From Alcaligenaceae bacterium (GTDB lineage: Bacteria > Pseudomonadota > Gammaproteobacteria > Burkholderiales > Burkholderiaceae_B): a stretch of DNA of 51,566 nt. Position numbers and translations under genes: made by a program. Of the stretch, positions 1-10,989 are shown in pieces. The notes beneath the pieces are model-generated. The model did no database searches, had not been told where the DNA came from, and saw nothing but the letters and a program-made list of their open reading frames with translations. Each line of letters begins with the position of its first letter. Positions within the stretch are counted from its first letter, which is position 1. The stretch covers positions 1-51,566 of the forward strand of contig JAJUGH010000001.1 of assembly GCA_029268265.1 (NCBI GenBank), read 5' to 3'.

Positions 1-1
1 G

Positions 2-340
2 GACGCTGTGTACGTCACCATCCACCGCGGGGTGACTGCGGATTCGGTCAAACAGATCGCCGACATCCTGCTGCAGGCGCGTATTCCCAGTTTTTCGATG
101 TCCGGCTCGCGCGAAGTCGAGAAAGGCCTACTAATGAGCATCGCTCAGGCCGACTTATCGCATGTCGGGCTGTTCCATGCAGAAACCATCGCTCGTACGC
201 TCAATGGCGGATTGCCACGCGAACTTAGTCAGCTCTGGGTGGCCCCACCAAAAATCGCCCTGAACCTCTCGACGTCTCGACGCATCGGCTTTGACCCGCC
301 CGTGGACATTCTGCTGGCTGCAGACGAAGTCTACGAATAA
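2..340 (+). CDS. ABC-type substrate-binding family protein, C-terminal fragment (5' end outside window)
   Basis: Open from window edge; tail IPSFSMSGSREVEKGLLMS...IARTLNG..P.EL....IALNLSTSRRIGFDPPVDILLAADEVY resembles the ABC_sub_bind-type C-terminus; 10-bp convergent overlap with next gene. Confidence 0.6.
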   Translation, partial: DAVYVTIHRGVTADSVKQIADILLQARIPSFSMSGSREVEKGLLMSIAQADLSHVGLFHAETIARTLNGGLPRELSQLWVAPPKIALNLSTSRRIGFDPPVDILLAADEVYE

Positions 341-1857
341 GCCGGCAGCGCCAACGCTAGCGCCCGATGTCGCTGGGCGATAAGCGCCAGTCGCGCCGCG
401 TCATCGGCCGGGGCCAGCCGCCAGCTCTCGAGCATGCGGTCGGCCGCTGTACGCCGCGTATCGAGCACATACCCAGCGTAGTCCAGCATGGGACGTTCAT
501 CCGGTCGTAGCCCACGGCGGGCGATATTCAGCACTTCGCGACACAGATCAGCCACTTCAGGATCGTCCAGCGCGAAACGCACGGCGCGCTCACGCAGACG
601 CCGTAGCTGCACCCACCCCCAGCGCGCCATCAAGGCCTCGGCCTCGTCCAGGCGCTGCAACAAGCCCCACTGCAACGCAACCGGGCTCATGACCATGCTC
701 GCAGCAACCTGCTCGCCGGCCTCTTCCAGCAGCACCTCATCAGGGAACCCCGCGCCCGGCCCGCGGCCCTCGATATAGATTTCGATACCGTGTGCGTCGA
801 AGAGCGCTTCCAGACCTTCCGGGCGGCGCCACGCTGCCATCAATTCGTTGAGCGACGGCAGGGTGGCCAGTCGGTAGCGCAGGCGAGCGTCCATGAAATT
901 TGCAATCTGGGAATGCTCGAAATGGACACTGTCCGGTTCCAACCAGACGGCTTCTCCCGTGTCAGTGCGCCGGCCGCTCCAGCCCCGGGATGTCAGAAAC
1001 GCCCAAAGACTCGGGTCGCCATCCAGCAACACCGTGGGGGCCGATTTGTAATCATGCCGCCGTACCATGGGCAGGCTGCGGCTGACCGTGCCCGGACGGA
1101 ACATCCAACGGAAATAATCGCCCAGGTCAGTAAAGGGCCGCGGCGGGCAGCGCGCAAGCATGACGTCACCGGGGAAGCGCGCCTGACCCAGCACCCTGGG
1201 CCAATGTGTCAAACGGGTTTCCTTCAAGCCCGTCTCACGGCCCGATTCCAGGGGGCTGTTAGTGAACAATGCCACATGTGCCGCAGCGAGCCCGATCATT
1301 ACATTGACCGCTCGGACGGCATCCCCCGTGCGCACCTGAACATTGGCGCCGTTCTGTGCCTTGGCGTCTATACCCACCCAATGCCGCCAACCGCGGTAGC
1401 CCACCAGCTCACGATAAATGGGGCGCGGCACACACACCTCACGATACCAATCCATATCACGGCGGCAGGAAGGATGTTGCGAGGCATTGAGAATGGTGGC
1501 GTCGTCCGCATGCAGCGCATCCAGGACATGTTCGAAGCCCCGGTGCACAATGCCTGCCAGCGCGTGCAGGCCGCCCTCGCTCGCACGTACGGGGCGGGTG
1601 GCGGTTTCCAGCAGATTGAAACCGTTATCGAGGCCATATTCGCCGTCGGCGCATTGCAAGGCGACACAACGGCCGCCCAGCTCAGTGGCGACGGGCGGAT
1701 CTTCGGGCCGGGCGGCTCGAAGGCGCTCGGTCAGCGCATCGAAGTAATGACGTATCGGAAGGCTGCGCCCTGTCGTGGCATGCACCACGACCATTTCCAG
1801 TTCCAGCCCGGCGGCCGGGTCAAAGGAAGAGGGAGTAGGCGGGATTCTCCGATTCAT
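331..1857 (-). CDS. Glutamate--cysteine ligase (GCS2)-like carboxylate-amine ligase, divergent
   Basis: GLELEM (GxExE), LLETAT, ALFTNSPL, DARLR, YIEGR motifs; probable ATG at 1857 (MNRRIP), 38 bp inside the ilvA 3' end. Confidence 0.6.
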   Translation of the reverse strand: MNRRIPPTPSSFDPAAGLELEMVVVHATTGRSLPIRHYFDALTERLRAARPEDPPVATELGGRCVALQCADGEYGLDNGFNLLETATRPVRASEGGLHALAGIVHRGFEHVLDALHADDATILNASQHPSCRRDMDWYREVCVPRPIYRELVGYRGWRHWVGIDAKAQNGANVQVRTGDAVRAVNVMIGLAAAHVALFTNSPLESGRETGLKETRLTHWPRVLGQARFPGDVMLARCPPRPFTDLGDYFRWMFRPGTVSRSLPMVRRHDYKSAPTVLLDGDPSLWAFLTSRGWSGRRTDTGEAVWLEPDSVHFEHSQIANFMDARLRYRLATLPSLNELMAAWRRPEGLEALFDAHGIEIYIEGRGPGAGFPDEVLLEEAGEQVAASMVMSPVALQWGLLQRLDEAEALMARWGWVQLRRLRERAVRFALDDPEVADLCREVLNIARRGLRPDERPMLDYAGYVLDTRRTAADRMLESWRLAPADDAARLALIAQRHRALALALPAYS

Positions 1858-3328
1858 TCCAGTAAGGATAGCCGAGCCCGTCCAGAAACGCCTTGAAGGC
1901 CTTTTTATCGGAGGGTGGCACCTGTATGCCGACCAGGATGCGGCCGTAATCGTCACCCTGGTTACGATAATGGAAAAGACTGATATTCCATTCCGGGCTC
2001 ATCGCGCCCAGGAAGGTCATCAACGCACCGGGGCGCTCTGGAAACTCGAACCGAAACAGCATTTCGTGTTCGGCGAGCGCCGACTTGCCGCCCACCATAT
2101 AGCGCAGGTGGGTCTTGGCCATTTCGTTGCCGCTCAGGTCCAGGGTCTCGAACCCCCTGCGGCGGAAGCCGGTTTCGAGCTTGGCGATTTCGGCTTCGGA
2201 ACGGATTTGCAGCCCGACAAAGACATGCGCTTTCTCGGAGTCGGAAATCCGGTAATTAAACTCGGTGACGTTACGCCGCCCCACCGCTTCACACAACCGG
2301 CGGAAGCTGCCGCGCTGTTCAGGGATAGTGAGTGCGAAGACGGCCTCGCGCGCTTCACCGACATCCGCCCGCTCCGCCACCAGCCGCAGGCGGTCGAAAT
2401 TCATGTTGGCGCCGCTGGTGATGGCCACCAGCGTCTTGCCCTTGAGCTTGTGCTGGCTGGCATAGCGCTTGGCTCCGGCCAACGACAATGCGCCGGACGG
2501 TTCCAGTACGCTGCGGGTGTCTTGGAACACGTCTTTAATGGCCGCACAGATGGCGTCGGTGTCCACCAGCACGAAATCATCGACGAACTTGCGGGTAAGG
2601 CTGAAGGTCTCAGCGCCGACAAATTTCACGGCGGTGCCGTCGGCAAACAGGCCGACGTCGTTCAGCCGCAACCGCCGCCCGGCCTTGACGCTACGTGCCA
2701 TTGCGCAGGAGTCCACGCTCTGCACACCAATCACCTTGATATCCGGGCGCAGCTGCTTCACATACGCCGCCACCCCCGCTATCAGGCCGCCGCCACCGAC
2801 CGGCACGAAGATGGCCTCAATGGGGTCGGGGTGCTGACGCAGAATTTCCATGGCGATGGTGCCCTGACCCGCAATGACATCCGGATCGTCAAAGGGATGC
2901 ACAAAGGTGAGCTTTTCCTTCTTCTGCAGTTCCATGGCGTGGTCGAAGGCATCGGTGTAGCTGTCGCCGGCCAGCACGACTTCGCCGCCAAGCTCGTGCA
3001 CCGCGTCGATCTTCACCTGTGGAGAGGTTTCGGGCATGACAATAACCGCCCGGCACCCCATACGCGTGGCACTGAGTGCCACCCCCTGCGCATGGTTGCC
3101 CGCCGACGCCGCGATAACCCCGCGCTTGCGTTCCGCAGGCGACAGATTGGCCATCTTGTTGTAGGCGCCCCGCAGCTTGAAGCTGAACACGGGCTGTGTG
3201 TCCTCACGCTTCAACAATACCCTGTTGCCGATTCGCGCCGATACCAGGGGTGCAAAATCGAGATCGGATTCAATAGCAACGTCGTACACCCTGGCGGTCA
3301 GGATACGTTTCAGGTAATCGGTAGACAT
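1820..3328 (-). CDS. ilvA: Threonine ammonia-lyase, biosynthetic
   Basis: KREDTQPVFSFKLRGAYN PLP-lysine motif, SAGNHAQG, GGGGL, two C-terminal regulatory repeats (PEQRGSF, PERPGAL). Confidence 0.97.
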   Translation of the reverse strand: MSTDYLKRILTARVYDVAIESDLDFAPLVSARIGNRVLLKREDTQPVFSFKLRGAYNKMANLSPAERKRGVIAASAGNHAQGVALSATRMGCRAVIVMPETSPQVKIDAVHELGGEVVLAGDSYTDAFDHAMELQKKEKLTFVHPFDDPDVIAGQGTIAMEILRQHPDPIEAIFVPVGGGGLIAGVAAYVKQLRPDIKVIGVQSVDSCAMARSVKAGRRLRLNDVGLFADGTAVKFVGAETFSLTRKFVDDFVLVDTDAICAAIKDVFQDTRSVLEPSGALSLAGAKRYASQHKLKGKTLVAITSGANMNFDRLRLVAERADVGEAREAVFALTIPEQRGSFRRLCEAVGRRNVTEFNYRISDSEKAHVFVGLQIRSEAEIAKLETGFRRRGFETLDLSGNEMAKTHLRYMVGGKSALAEHEMLFRFEFPERPGALMTFLGAMSPEWNISLFHYRNQGDDYGRILVGIQVPPSDKKAFKAFLDGLGYPYWNESENPAYSLFL

Positions 3329-3487
3329 GGGGAAAGAGGCGTGCGCGTAAACGGCAGATACAAGCGGAAAAGAATACCATAGTGGCGGGGCACATCGCGA
3401 GCCGAGGAGCGACGATTGCCCACCACAGCGGGGCCATTGGCCTTACACTAGCGTGCCCGCGCGCAGCGCTTCGCTTGTATCGCCCCC

Positions 3488-4009
3488 ATGGAAGCCTGGC
3501 TGTATTCTACGATTCACTGGCTGTTGGACACTCTGGCCCTGCCCAGCATCGGGCTGAGCGCCATTTTTACCGTGGCCCTGGTGTCGGCCACTTTGCTGCC
3601 CCTGGGCTCAGAGCCGGCGGTTTTCGGCTATCTGCAGATTGCCGAAAACATGTTCTGGCCTGCCATATTGGTGGCTACCGCGGGCAACACCGTGGGGGGC
3701 ACCATCAGCTACGGCATGGGCTATGGCGCGGAAAAAGCCGTGGAGCGTTACCGCGAGAAACGTCCGTACCGCCCCCGCAGCCCTACGACCGGGCGCTGGC
3801 ATGATTACGTCAGCTGGTGGCTGCACCGGCTCGGCCCGCCCGCTTTACTGTTTTCCTGGCTGCCTGTGGTGGGAGACCCGTTGTGTACCGTTGCGGGTTG
3901 GCTGAAGATGCCGCTGCTGCCCAGCATCTTCTACATGGCGATCGGCAAATTCCTACGCTATCTCACCATGACGAGCGCATTGCTGTGGTTTTTCCCCGGG
4001 AAAATCTGA
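3488..4009 (+). CDS. YqaA/DedA (SNARE-associated) family membrane protein
   Basis: SATLLPLGSE, GNTVGG, LFSWLPVVGDPLC, GKFLRY motifs; hydrophobic helices. Confidence 0.85.
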   Translation: MEAWLYSTIHWLLDTLALPSIGLSAIFTVALVSATLLPLGSEPAVFGYLQIAENMFWPAILVATAGNTVGGTISYGMGYGAEKAVERYREKRPYRPRSPTTGRWHDYVSWWLHRLGPPALLFSWLPVVGDPLCTVAGWLKMPLLPSIFYMAIGKFLRYLTMTSALLWFFPGKI

Positions 4010-4095
4010 TGCCCGGCCCCCATTCGTTTAAACTGAAGCATCTATTCATCTTTTGCTGCATCACTACCCTGCTTTAAGGGTGACTGCTTCCGCTC

Positions 4096-7000
4096 ATGAA
4101 CGCCCCCCTTGCCAGTCAAATGCTTGCCGCACAGGCTCCCCAGCATGTTTCACCACGCCTGCGTGAGATTCCCTATAACTACACGTCGTATTCCGACCGC
4201 GAGATCGTCCTTCGCTTGTTAGGCGAAGAGCCCTGGCGGCTGCTGTCAGAATTGCGCACCGAACGGGTGACGGGTCGCTCTGCGAGAATGCTGTTCGAGG
4301 TCTTGGGCGATATCTGGGTGGTACGCCGCAACCCCTATCTGCAAGACGACTTGCTGCACAATCCCAAGCGTCGCAAGCAGCTCATCGAGGCCCTGGAGCA
4401 CCGGCTGACCGAGATCGATCTGCGGCGCGACCACCGCTACCCCGAGCGCGACGCCAAAGTGGCGGGCCTGCTCGCCGCCGCCCGCATTGCCGTGCGCGAC
4501 TTCGACAACGATTTCTCCCTGGCGCAAGAGCTGCGCAAGCAGGTGGTACGTACGCTGTCCCGCGTGACGGCCAAGGACAACATCAAGTTCGACGGCCTCT
4601 CACGCGTCTCGCATGTCACCGACGCGACAGACTGGCGTGTTGAGTACCCCTTCGTGGTCCTGACCCCAGACTCCGAAGAAGAAATCGCTGCACTGGTGCG
4701 CGCCTGTATCGAACTTGAGCTCACCATCATTCCCCGTGGCGGCGGTACCGGCTATACCGGCGGTGCCATTCCCCTCACCTGGCGCTCTGCGGTCATCAAC
4801 ACCGAGAAACTCGACCGCCTGGGTGCCGTCGAGCAGATCAACCTGCCTGAACTGGCCGACCCGGTTCCCACGATCCACACGGGCGCCGGCGTAGTGACCC
4901 GCCGTGTAGCGGAAGCCGCAGAGGCTGCCGGCTACGTATTTGCCGTCGACCCCACTTCTGCCGATGCCTCCTGTGTGGGCGGCAATATCGCCATGAACGC
5001 CGGGGGCAAGAAAGCCGTTCTATGGGGTACCGCGCTCGATAACCTGGTTTCCTGGCGCATGGTGGACCCCGACGGCAACTGGCTGGATGTCACCCGTGTC
5101 GGGCACAATCTCGGCAAGATTCACGAAGCCGAAGAAGCCCGCTTCGAGCTGGTGTGGTCTGACGGCAAGAGCGCGCCGGGTGCTGTGGTGTTGCGCAAGG
5201 AAACCCTGGTGATCGAAGGCCGGCGCTTCCGCAAGGTGGGGCTCGGCAAAGACGTCACCGACAAATTCCTCTCCGGTCTGCCGGGTGTCCAGAAAGAAGG
5301 CTGTGACGGCCTTATTACATCGGCCCGCTGGATCGTGCACCGCATGCCGGCCCATACGCGCACGGTCTGTATGGAGTTCTTCGGCCAGGCACGCGATGCC
5401 GTGCCGTCCATTGTGGAAGTCAAGCGCTACCTGGACGGCCCGGGCCGCGAACGCGGTGCACTGCTGGCCGGCCTGGAACACTTAGACGAACGCTATCTGC
5501 GTGCGGTGGGCTATGCCACCAAGAGCAAGCGCGGCGTGCTGCCCAAGATGGTGCTGATCGGCGATATCGTCGGCGATGACGAAAACGCCGTCGCAGTGGC
5601 CGCCAGCGAAGTCGTGCGCATCGCCAACACGCGCCACGGCGAAGGCTTCGTTGCCGTCAGCCCCGAAGACCGCCGCAAATTCTGGCTGGACCGCGCACGT
5701 ACCGCCGCCATCGCCCGCCACACCAACGCCTTCAAAATCAACGAAGACGTGGTTATTCCGCTTGAGCGCATGGGCGAATACACCGATGCCATCGAACGTA
5801 TCAACATCGAGCTGTCCACCCGCAACAAGCTGCGCCTGCTGGACGAAATCGAAGACTACCTGAAGGGCGACCTGCCGGTCGGCAAGATCGAGGACATCGA
5901 CGATGCCGAGCACACACGCGAAACCGTGCTGGCCCGCCGTACCGAAGACGCCGTGGCCGCACTGCGGGGCGTACGCGAACGCTGGAGCTGGTTGCTGAAC
6001 AACCTTGATGCACCGCTGTCGCAAAGCTTGGAAAAGCTCGAGGCCCTCGGCGTGGAAGGTCTGGGCGACACGCTTAGGCAAAGGCTGGTCGAACAACCGG
6101 ACGCCCGCATCTTCGACATCGTCCAAGACCACACCATCCGTATCTCCTGGAAAACCGAGGTGCGCGCATTAATGGAGCGCCTGTTCGCCGGCGCCGATTG
6201 TGCAGCCGTCCTGGCGGGTATTCAGGCCGTGCACGACCGCGTTCTCAAGAGCCGCGTCTTCGTCGCGCTGCACATGCACGCCGGCGACGGCAACGTGCAT
6301 ACCAACATTCCGGTTAACTCCGACGATTACGGCATGCTGCAGGAAGCCAATGAAACCGTCGAGCGCATCATGAAGATCGCTCGCGGGCTCGACGGCGTGA
6401 TTTCCGGCGAACATGGTATCGGCCTCACCAAATACGAGTTTCTCACCGACGAAGAACTGCAGCCCTTCCACGACTACAAACAGCGCATCGACCCCAAGGG
6501 CCGCTTCAATGCCGGTAAGCTGATGCCGGGCGCCGACCTGCGCAACGCCTGGACACCCAGTTTCAACCTGCTGGGCTATGAATCGCTCATCATGCAGCGC
6601 AGCGAAATCGGCGACATCTCCAACGCCATCAAAGACTGCCTGCGTTGCGGCAAGTGCAAACCGGTATGCGCCACCCACGTACCGCGCGCGAATCTGCTTT
6701 ACTCGCCCCGCAATAAGATTCTTGCGACCTCGTTGCTGGTCGAGGCATTCCTGTACGAAGAGCAGACCCGCCGCGGCGTCAGCATCAAGCACTGGGCCGA
6801 ATTCGAAGACGTAGCCGACCACTGCACCATCTGTCACAAGTGCTACAACCCCTGTCCCGTAGACATCGACTTCGGCGACGTCTCTATGGCCATGCGCACC
6901 CTGCTGCGCAAGATGGGCAAGAAGTCTTTCAATCCGGGCACAACGGCGGCCATGTTCTTCCTGAACGCCAAGGACCCGCGCGTTATCAAGGCAACCCGCA

Positions 7001-8037
7001 AGGGCATGATCGACTTGGGCTACAAGGCCCAGCGTATGGCGCACGACCTGCTCGCCCCCACGGCCCGCAAGCAGCTGGCCACCCCGCCGGCCACCGTGGG
7101 CAAGGCACCGATACGCGAACAGGTCATCCACTTCGTGAACAAGCGTATGCCCGGCGGCCTGCCCACACAGACCGCTCGCAAGCTGCTGGACATTGAAGAC
7201 CCGCGCTACATCCCCATCATCCGCGACCCGCGCAGCACAACGGCGGAAACGGAATCGGTGTTCTATTTCCCGGGCTGCGGCTCCGAGCGTCTGTTCTCGC
7301 AGGTGGGCCTGGCCACCCAGGCCATGCTTTGGCATGCCGGCGTACAGACCGTGCTGCCCCCCGGCTACCTTTGCTGCGGGTACCCACAGCGCGGCAACGG
7401 CATGCACGATAAGGCGGAAAAGATCATCACCGATAACCGGGTGCTCTTTCACCGGCTGTCCACCACGCTGAACTATCTGGACATCAAAACCGTGGTGGTG
7501 AGCTGCGGCACTTGTTACGACCAGCTGGCCGGTTATGAATTCGAACGCATCTTCCCAGGCTGCCGACTGATCGACATTCACGAGTACCTGCTTGAAAAGG
7601 GCATCGACATCCATGGCGTGGAAGGCGTGCGCTACGTCTACCACGACCCCTGCCACACGCCCATGAAGCTGCAGGACCCCATGAAAACGGTGAAGGCGCT
7701 GGTGGGCGACACCACCATCAAGACCGATCGCTGCTGCGGCGAGTCCGGCACCCTTGCGGTCAGCCGGCCTGACATCTCCACGCAGGTGCGCTTCCGCAAG
7801 CAGGAAGAGCTGGCCAAAAACAGCCGGCAGATCCGCTCAGACGGTTACACCGGCGAAGTCAAAATGCTGACTTCCTGCCCCTCCTGCCTGCAGGGCATGT
7901 CCCGCTACAAGGAAGACACCGGCATGGAAGCCGACTACATCGTCGTAGAAATGGCCCGCCATATCCTGGGCGAGGACTGGCTGCAGGAGTACGTACGCAG
8001 CGCCAACAACGGCGGTATCGAACGCGTGCTGCTGTAA
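4096..8037 (+). CDS. Large FAD-linked Fe-S oxidoreductase (DUF3683 / FAD-binding / 4Fe-4S / CCG domains)
   Basis: [18 protein letters not shown]-terminus, [51 protein letters not shown] and HDPCH motifs. Confidence 0.85.
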   Translation: MNAPLASQMLAAQAPQHVSPRLREIPYNYTSYSDREIVLRLLGEEPWRLLSELRTERVTGRSARMLFEVLGDIWVVRRNPYLQDDLLHNPKRRKQLIEALEHRLTEIDLRRDHRYPERDAKVAGLLAAARIAVRDFDNDFSLAQELRKQVVRTLSRVTAKDNIKFDGLSRVSHVTDATDWRVEYPFVVLTPDSEEEIAALVRACIELELTIIPRGGGTGYTGGAIPLTWRSAVINTEKLDRLGAVEQINLPELADPVPTIHTGAGVVTRRVAEAAEAAGYVFAVDPTSADASCVGGNIAMNAGGKKAVLWGTALDNLVSWRMVDPDGNWLDVTRVGHNLGKIHEAEEARFELVWSDGKSAPGAVVLRKETLVIEGRRFRKVGLGKDVTDKFLSGLPGVQKEGCDGLITSARWIVHRMPAHTRTVCMEFFGQARDAVPSIVEVKRYLDGPGRERGALLAGLEHLDERYLRAVGYATKSKRGVLPKMVLIGDIVGDDENAVAVAASEVVRIANTRHGEGFVAVSPEDRRKFWLDRARTAAIARHTNAFKINEDVVIPLERMGEYTDAIERINIELSTRNKLRLLDEIEDYLKGDLPVGKIEDIDDAEHTRETVLARRTEDAVAALRGVRERWSWLLNNLDAPLSQSLEKLEALGVEGLGDTLRQRLVEQPDARIFDIVQDHTIRISWKTEVRALMERLFAGADCAAVLAGIQAVHDRVLKSRVFVALHMHAGDGNVHTNIPVNSDDYGMLQEANETVERIMKIARGLDGVISGEHGIGLTKYEFLTDEELQPFHDYKQRIDPKGRFNAGKLMPGADLRNAWTPSFNLLGYESLIMQRSEIGDISNAIKDCLRCGKCKPVCATHVPRANLLYSPRNKILATSLLVEAFLYEEQTRRGVSIKHWAEFEDVADHCTICHKCYNPCPVDIDFGDVSMAMRTLLRKMGKKSFNPGTTAAMFFLNAKDPRVIKATRKGMIDLGYKAQRMAHDLLAPTARKQLATPPATVGKAPIREQVIHFVNKRMPGGLPTQTARKLLDIEDPRYIPIIRDPRSTTAETESVFYFPGCGSERLFSQVGLATQAMLWHAGVQTVLPPGYLCCGYPQRGNGMHDKAEKIITDNRVLFHRLSTTLNYLDIKTVVVSCGTCYDQLAGYEFERIFPGCRLIDIHEYLLEKGIDIHGVEGVRYVYHDPCHTPMKLQDPMKTVKALVGDTTIKTDRCCGESGTLAVSRPDISTQVRFRKQEELAKNSRQIRSDGYTGEVKMLTSCPSCLQGMSRYKEDTGMEADYIVVEMARHILGEDWLQEYVRSANNGGIERVLL

Positions 8038-8072
8038 AGATGGGGCAGCAAACCCTCCGCTACACGGACCCC

Positions 8073-8624
8073 TTATGGGTCCGAGTTGCGGAAGGAGCAG
8101 ACGGTGTATACATCCAGCCCGGTGGCACGCAGGGCATCGCCCCCGCCTAAGTCCGGCAACTCGATGATCGCTGCAGCTTCGTGCACGTTGGCACCCAGGC
8201 GTTGCAACAGCTTGGACGCGGCGATCATTGTGCCGCCCGTTGCGACAAGGTCGTCGATAAGCAGTACACGCTGACCCGGGCGTACCGAATCCGTATGCAT
8301 CTCGACTGCGGCATTACCGTATTCCAACGTGTAATCTTCCGCCACGGTGCGGTAGGGCAACTTGCCCTTCTTGCGCACCGGCACGAAGCCCAGATTGAGT
8401 TCATACGCCAACACGGAACCCAGGATGAAACCCCGCGCATCCACGCCTGCCACCAGGTCCAGGCGTTGCCGCATATAGCGGTATACAAACATGTCGATCA
8501 GGACACGAAAGGTGCGTGGATCTTGCAAGACGGGGGTGATATCGCGAAAGGTGACGCCCGGCTTGGGCCAGTCCGCGACGCTGCGAATGGCGTTACGGAC
8601 ATACACGGCTGGATCGATGTTCAT
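8073..8624 (-). CDS. apt: Adenine phosphoribosyltransferase
   Basis: [40 protein letters not shown] loop; start set at ATG 8624. Confidence 0.95.
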   Translation of the reverse strand: MNIDPAVYVRNAIRSVADWPKPGVTFRDITPVLQDPRTFRVLIDMFVYRYMRQRLDLVAGVDARGFILGSVLAYELNLGFVPVRKKGKLPYRTVAEDYTLEYGNAAVEMHTDSVRPGQRVLLIDDLVATGGTMIAASKLLQRLGANVHEAAAIIELPDLGGGDALRATGLDVYTVCSFRNSDP

Positions 8625-8697
8625 TGGGGATGGCGCTTGCAGGCGCAATGAGAAAGACAACCGTGGCAGTTTACACAATGCCGATTAAAATTCAGCC

Positions 8698-9687
8698 ATG
8701 AGTCAACATACCAACGTCGGGCCCGGCCAACACCTTGCCTCCGCCCACCGCACGTTCACAATAGAAATCCAGGCGCTGCAGGCGCTGCGCGACCGCCTCG
8801 ACGAGCATTTCGAACAGGCGGTGGACATGCTGCTCAGCTGCCAGGGGCGCGTCGTGGTGACCGGCATCGGCAAGTCGGGCCACATAGCCCGCAAAATGGC
8901 GGCCACACTGGCCTCTACCGGCACGCCGGCGTTCTTCATGCACGGCGCCGAAGCCATACACGGCGACTTGGGCATGCTCACAGGCCAGGACATCATCATC
9001 GCCATCTCGTATTCCGGCGCGGCGTCAGAGCTCATGACCGTACTCACCGTGGCCAAGCGCATGGGCGCGCGCATCATTACGATTACCGGTAATTCCAAGT
9101 CCGAACTGGCACGCAATGCTGATGTGCATCTGGATGGCGGGGTGGAACACGAAGCCTGCCCTCTCAATCTGGCGCCCACCGCCAGTACCACCGCAGCGTT
9201 GGTGCTGGGTGATGCCTTGGCAGTGGCCTGCCTCGAAGCGCGCCATTTCAGCGTTGAGGACTTCGCCCGTTCGCACCCCGGCGGCGCACTGGGGCGCAAG
9301 CTGCTGACCTATGTGCGCGACGTCATGCGCCAGGGTGATGCGTTGCCTCTGGTCCACGAAAACACCCCGATGCATGAAGCACTTAAGGAAATGTCCGCCA
9401 AAGGCATGGGCATGACCATCGTCGTTGATGAAGAACATCGCCCGATCGGCATCTTCACCGACGGCGACCTGCGCCGGCTGATCCAAAAGCGCGGCGATGT
9501 CCGTGAGCTCAACGTGGGAGACGGCATGACGCGCAACCCACGCTGCGTCACTTCCAACACGCTGGCTGTCGAGGCAGCGGCACGAATGGACGCGGGCCGG
9601 CTCAATCAGATGCTGGTTGTCGACGAAGCCGGGCTACTATTGGGAGCCCTGCACATGCACGACCTCATGGCTGCGAAAGTGATCTAG
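8698..9687 (+). CDS. kdsD: Arabinose-5-phosphate isomerase (KpsF/GutQ family, SIS + CBS)
   Basis: GIGKSGHI, HGDLG, EACPLNLAPTASTT, HPGGALG; upstream of kdsC-lptCAB. Confidence 0.93.
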   Translation: MSQHTNVGPGQHLASAHRTFTIEIQALQALRDRLDEHFEQAVDMLLSCQGRVVVTGIGKSGHIARKMAATLASTGTPAFFMHGAEAIHGDLGMLTGQDIIIAISYSGAASELMTVLTVAKRMGARIITITGNSKSELARNADVHLDGGVEHEACPLNLAPTASTTAALVLGDALAVACLEARHFSVEDFARSHPGGALGRKLLTYVRDVMRQGDALPLVHENTPMHEALKEMSAKGMGMTIVVDEEHRPIGIFTDGDLRRLIQKRGDVRELNVGDGMTRNPRCVTSNTLAVEAAARMDAGRLNQMLVVDEAGLLLGALHMHDLMAAKVI

Positions 9688-9714
9688 CGGCCCACACGCT
9701 GTTAATCTTGGCCT

Positions 9715-10314
9715 ATGAACCCAAATACCATTGCCCATCCCGCCGAAGCGCTTATCCTGTCCAAGGTGTCTGCCGCCGTCATAGAACGCGTCCGCCAGAT
9801 ACGGCTGATGGCGTTTGACGTCGATGGCGTCCTGACCGACGGGCATTTGTGGTACAGCCCGCAGGGTGAGCAGCTCAAATGCTTTCATGTACTCGACGGC
9901 CACGGGCTGAAGCTGCTCATGGAAAGCGGCATCATTGTGGCGCTTGTCACCGGTCGCGACGGTGCGGTCATCAGCCGCCGGGCCGCGGAACTGGGTATCG
10001 GTCTGGTGCAGCATAATGTGCGTGACAAGGCCCAGGCGCTGCAGACGCTTGCACAGGAACACGGCTGCAATCTGAGCGAAGTCGGTTACATGGGCGACGA
10101 CATCATCGATGTCCCCGCCATGCAGCGAGCCGGTTTCGCCGCCAGCGTGCCCAACGCGCCCACCTACGTCGCTCAGGCGGCTCACTGGGTGTCTCCTTCG
10201 GTAGGGGGCGCCGGTGCGGTGCGCGACTGTTGCGATCTGATCCTGGCCGCCCAGGGCAAACTTGGGGCCTACTTCTCACCCAATGCGCTGCGCACCGGCG
10301 GAACGATCCAATGA
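9715..10314 (+). CDS. kdsC: KDO-8-phosphate phosphatase (HAD)
   Basis: FDVDGVLTDG, GDDIID, GGAGAVRD; synteny. Confidence 0.92.
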   Translation: MNPNTIAHPAEALILSKVSAAVIERVRQIRLMAFDVDGVLTDGHLWYSPQGEQLKCFHVLDGHGLKLLMESGIIVALVTGRDGAVISRRAAELGIGLVQHNVRDKAQALQTLAQEHGCNLSEVGYMGDDIIDVPAMQRAGFAASVPNAPTYVAQAAHWVSPSVGGAGAVRDCCDLILAAQGKLGAYFSPNALRTGGTIQ

Positions 10315-10365
10315 AGGGCCGCAAAGCTATCACATACGTGATTCGCTAAGCCGCCCGCCTAGCCC

Positions 10366-10989
10366 ATGAAAGACCGCCTGCCCTCCGTTGTTGCCATCGT
10401 GCTGCTGACCGGCCTGGTTATCGGCACGTGGTGGGCGGCGGATTATGCCCAAAAAGCGGTGCCCATCGACCCGCCCCGGCGCATCACCCACGAGCCCGAT
10501 CACTGGGCCGCCGACTTTGTTCTGATTCGCAGTGATGAACAAGGCATGGCCATTAATCGGCTGGAGGGCACCTATCTGGAACACTTCCCGGACGACGACT
10601 CGTACGAAATCCAGCAGGCGCGGGCCATCGGGCAGCAGCCCGGCTCGCCGCTCACGATCGCCTCGTCAGATGTCGCGGTCATGGACCAAGACGGCAGCCG
10701 TGTCGTCATGAGCGGCAACGCCCATGTCCACCGAAAAGAAGATGCCGAAAATCGGGCGTTGGACGTCAAGAGTGATGAGCTGACCATTCTGCCCGATGAC
10801 GATGTCGTCTTCACCGACCATCCGGCTCTCGTTGTACATGGCAACTCGACCATGAACGGCACCGGCATGCGGTACGATAACAAGACGCGGCAGCTGCAGG
10901 TCTATTCGGCCACCGATGTCAAGATCTCCGGGCAGGACACCCAGGAACGCCGTCAGAGCGCCCCTGAAAGGACAAAAGAACAACCATGA
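10366..10989 (+). CDS. lptC: LPS export protein LptC
   Basis: N-terminal TM anchor, beta-rich periplasmic domain, position between kdsC and lptA. Confidence 0.85.
   Translation: MKDRLPSVVAIVLLTGLVIGTWWAADYAQKAVPIDPPRRITHEPDHWAADFVLIRSDEQGMAINRLEGTYLEHFPDDDSYEIQQARAIGQQPGSPLTIASSDVAVMDQDGSRVVMSGNAHVHRKEDAENRALDVKSDELTILPDDDVVFTDHPALVVHGNSTMNGTGMRYDNKTRQLQVYSATDVKISGQDTQERRQSAPERTKEQP

Noticed and set aside
1775-3382. 535-aa plus-strand ORF
   Set aside because: Antisense shadow of ilvA; no motifs; expected in high-GC coding DNA
6169-7656. 495-aa minus-strand ORF
   Set aside because: Antisense shadow of the 1313-aa oxidoreductase
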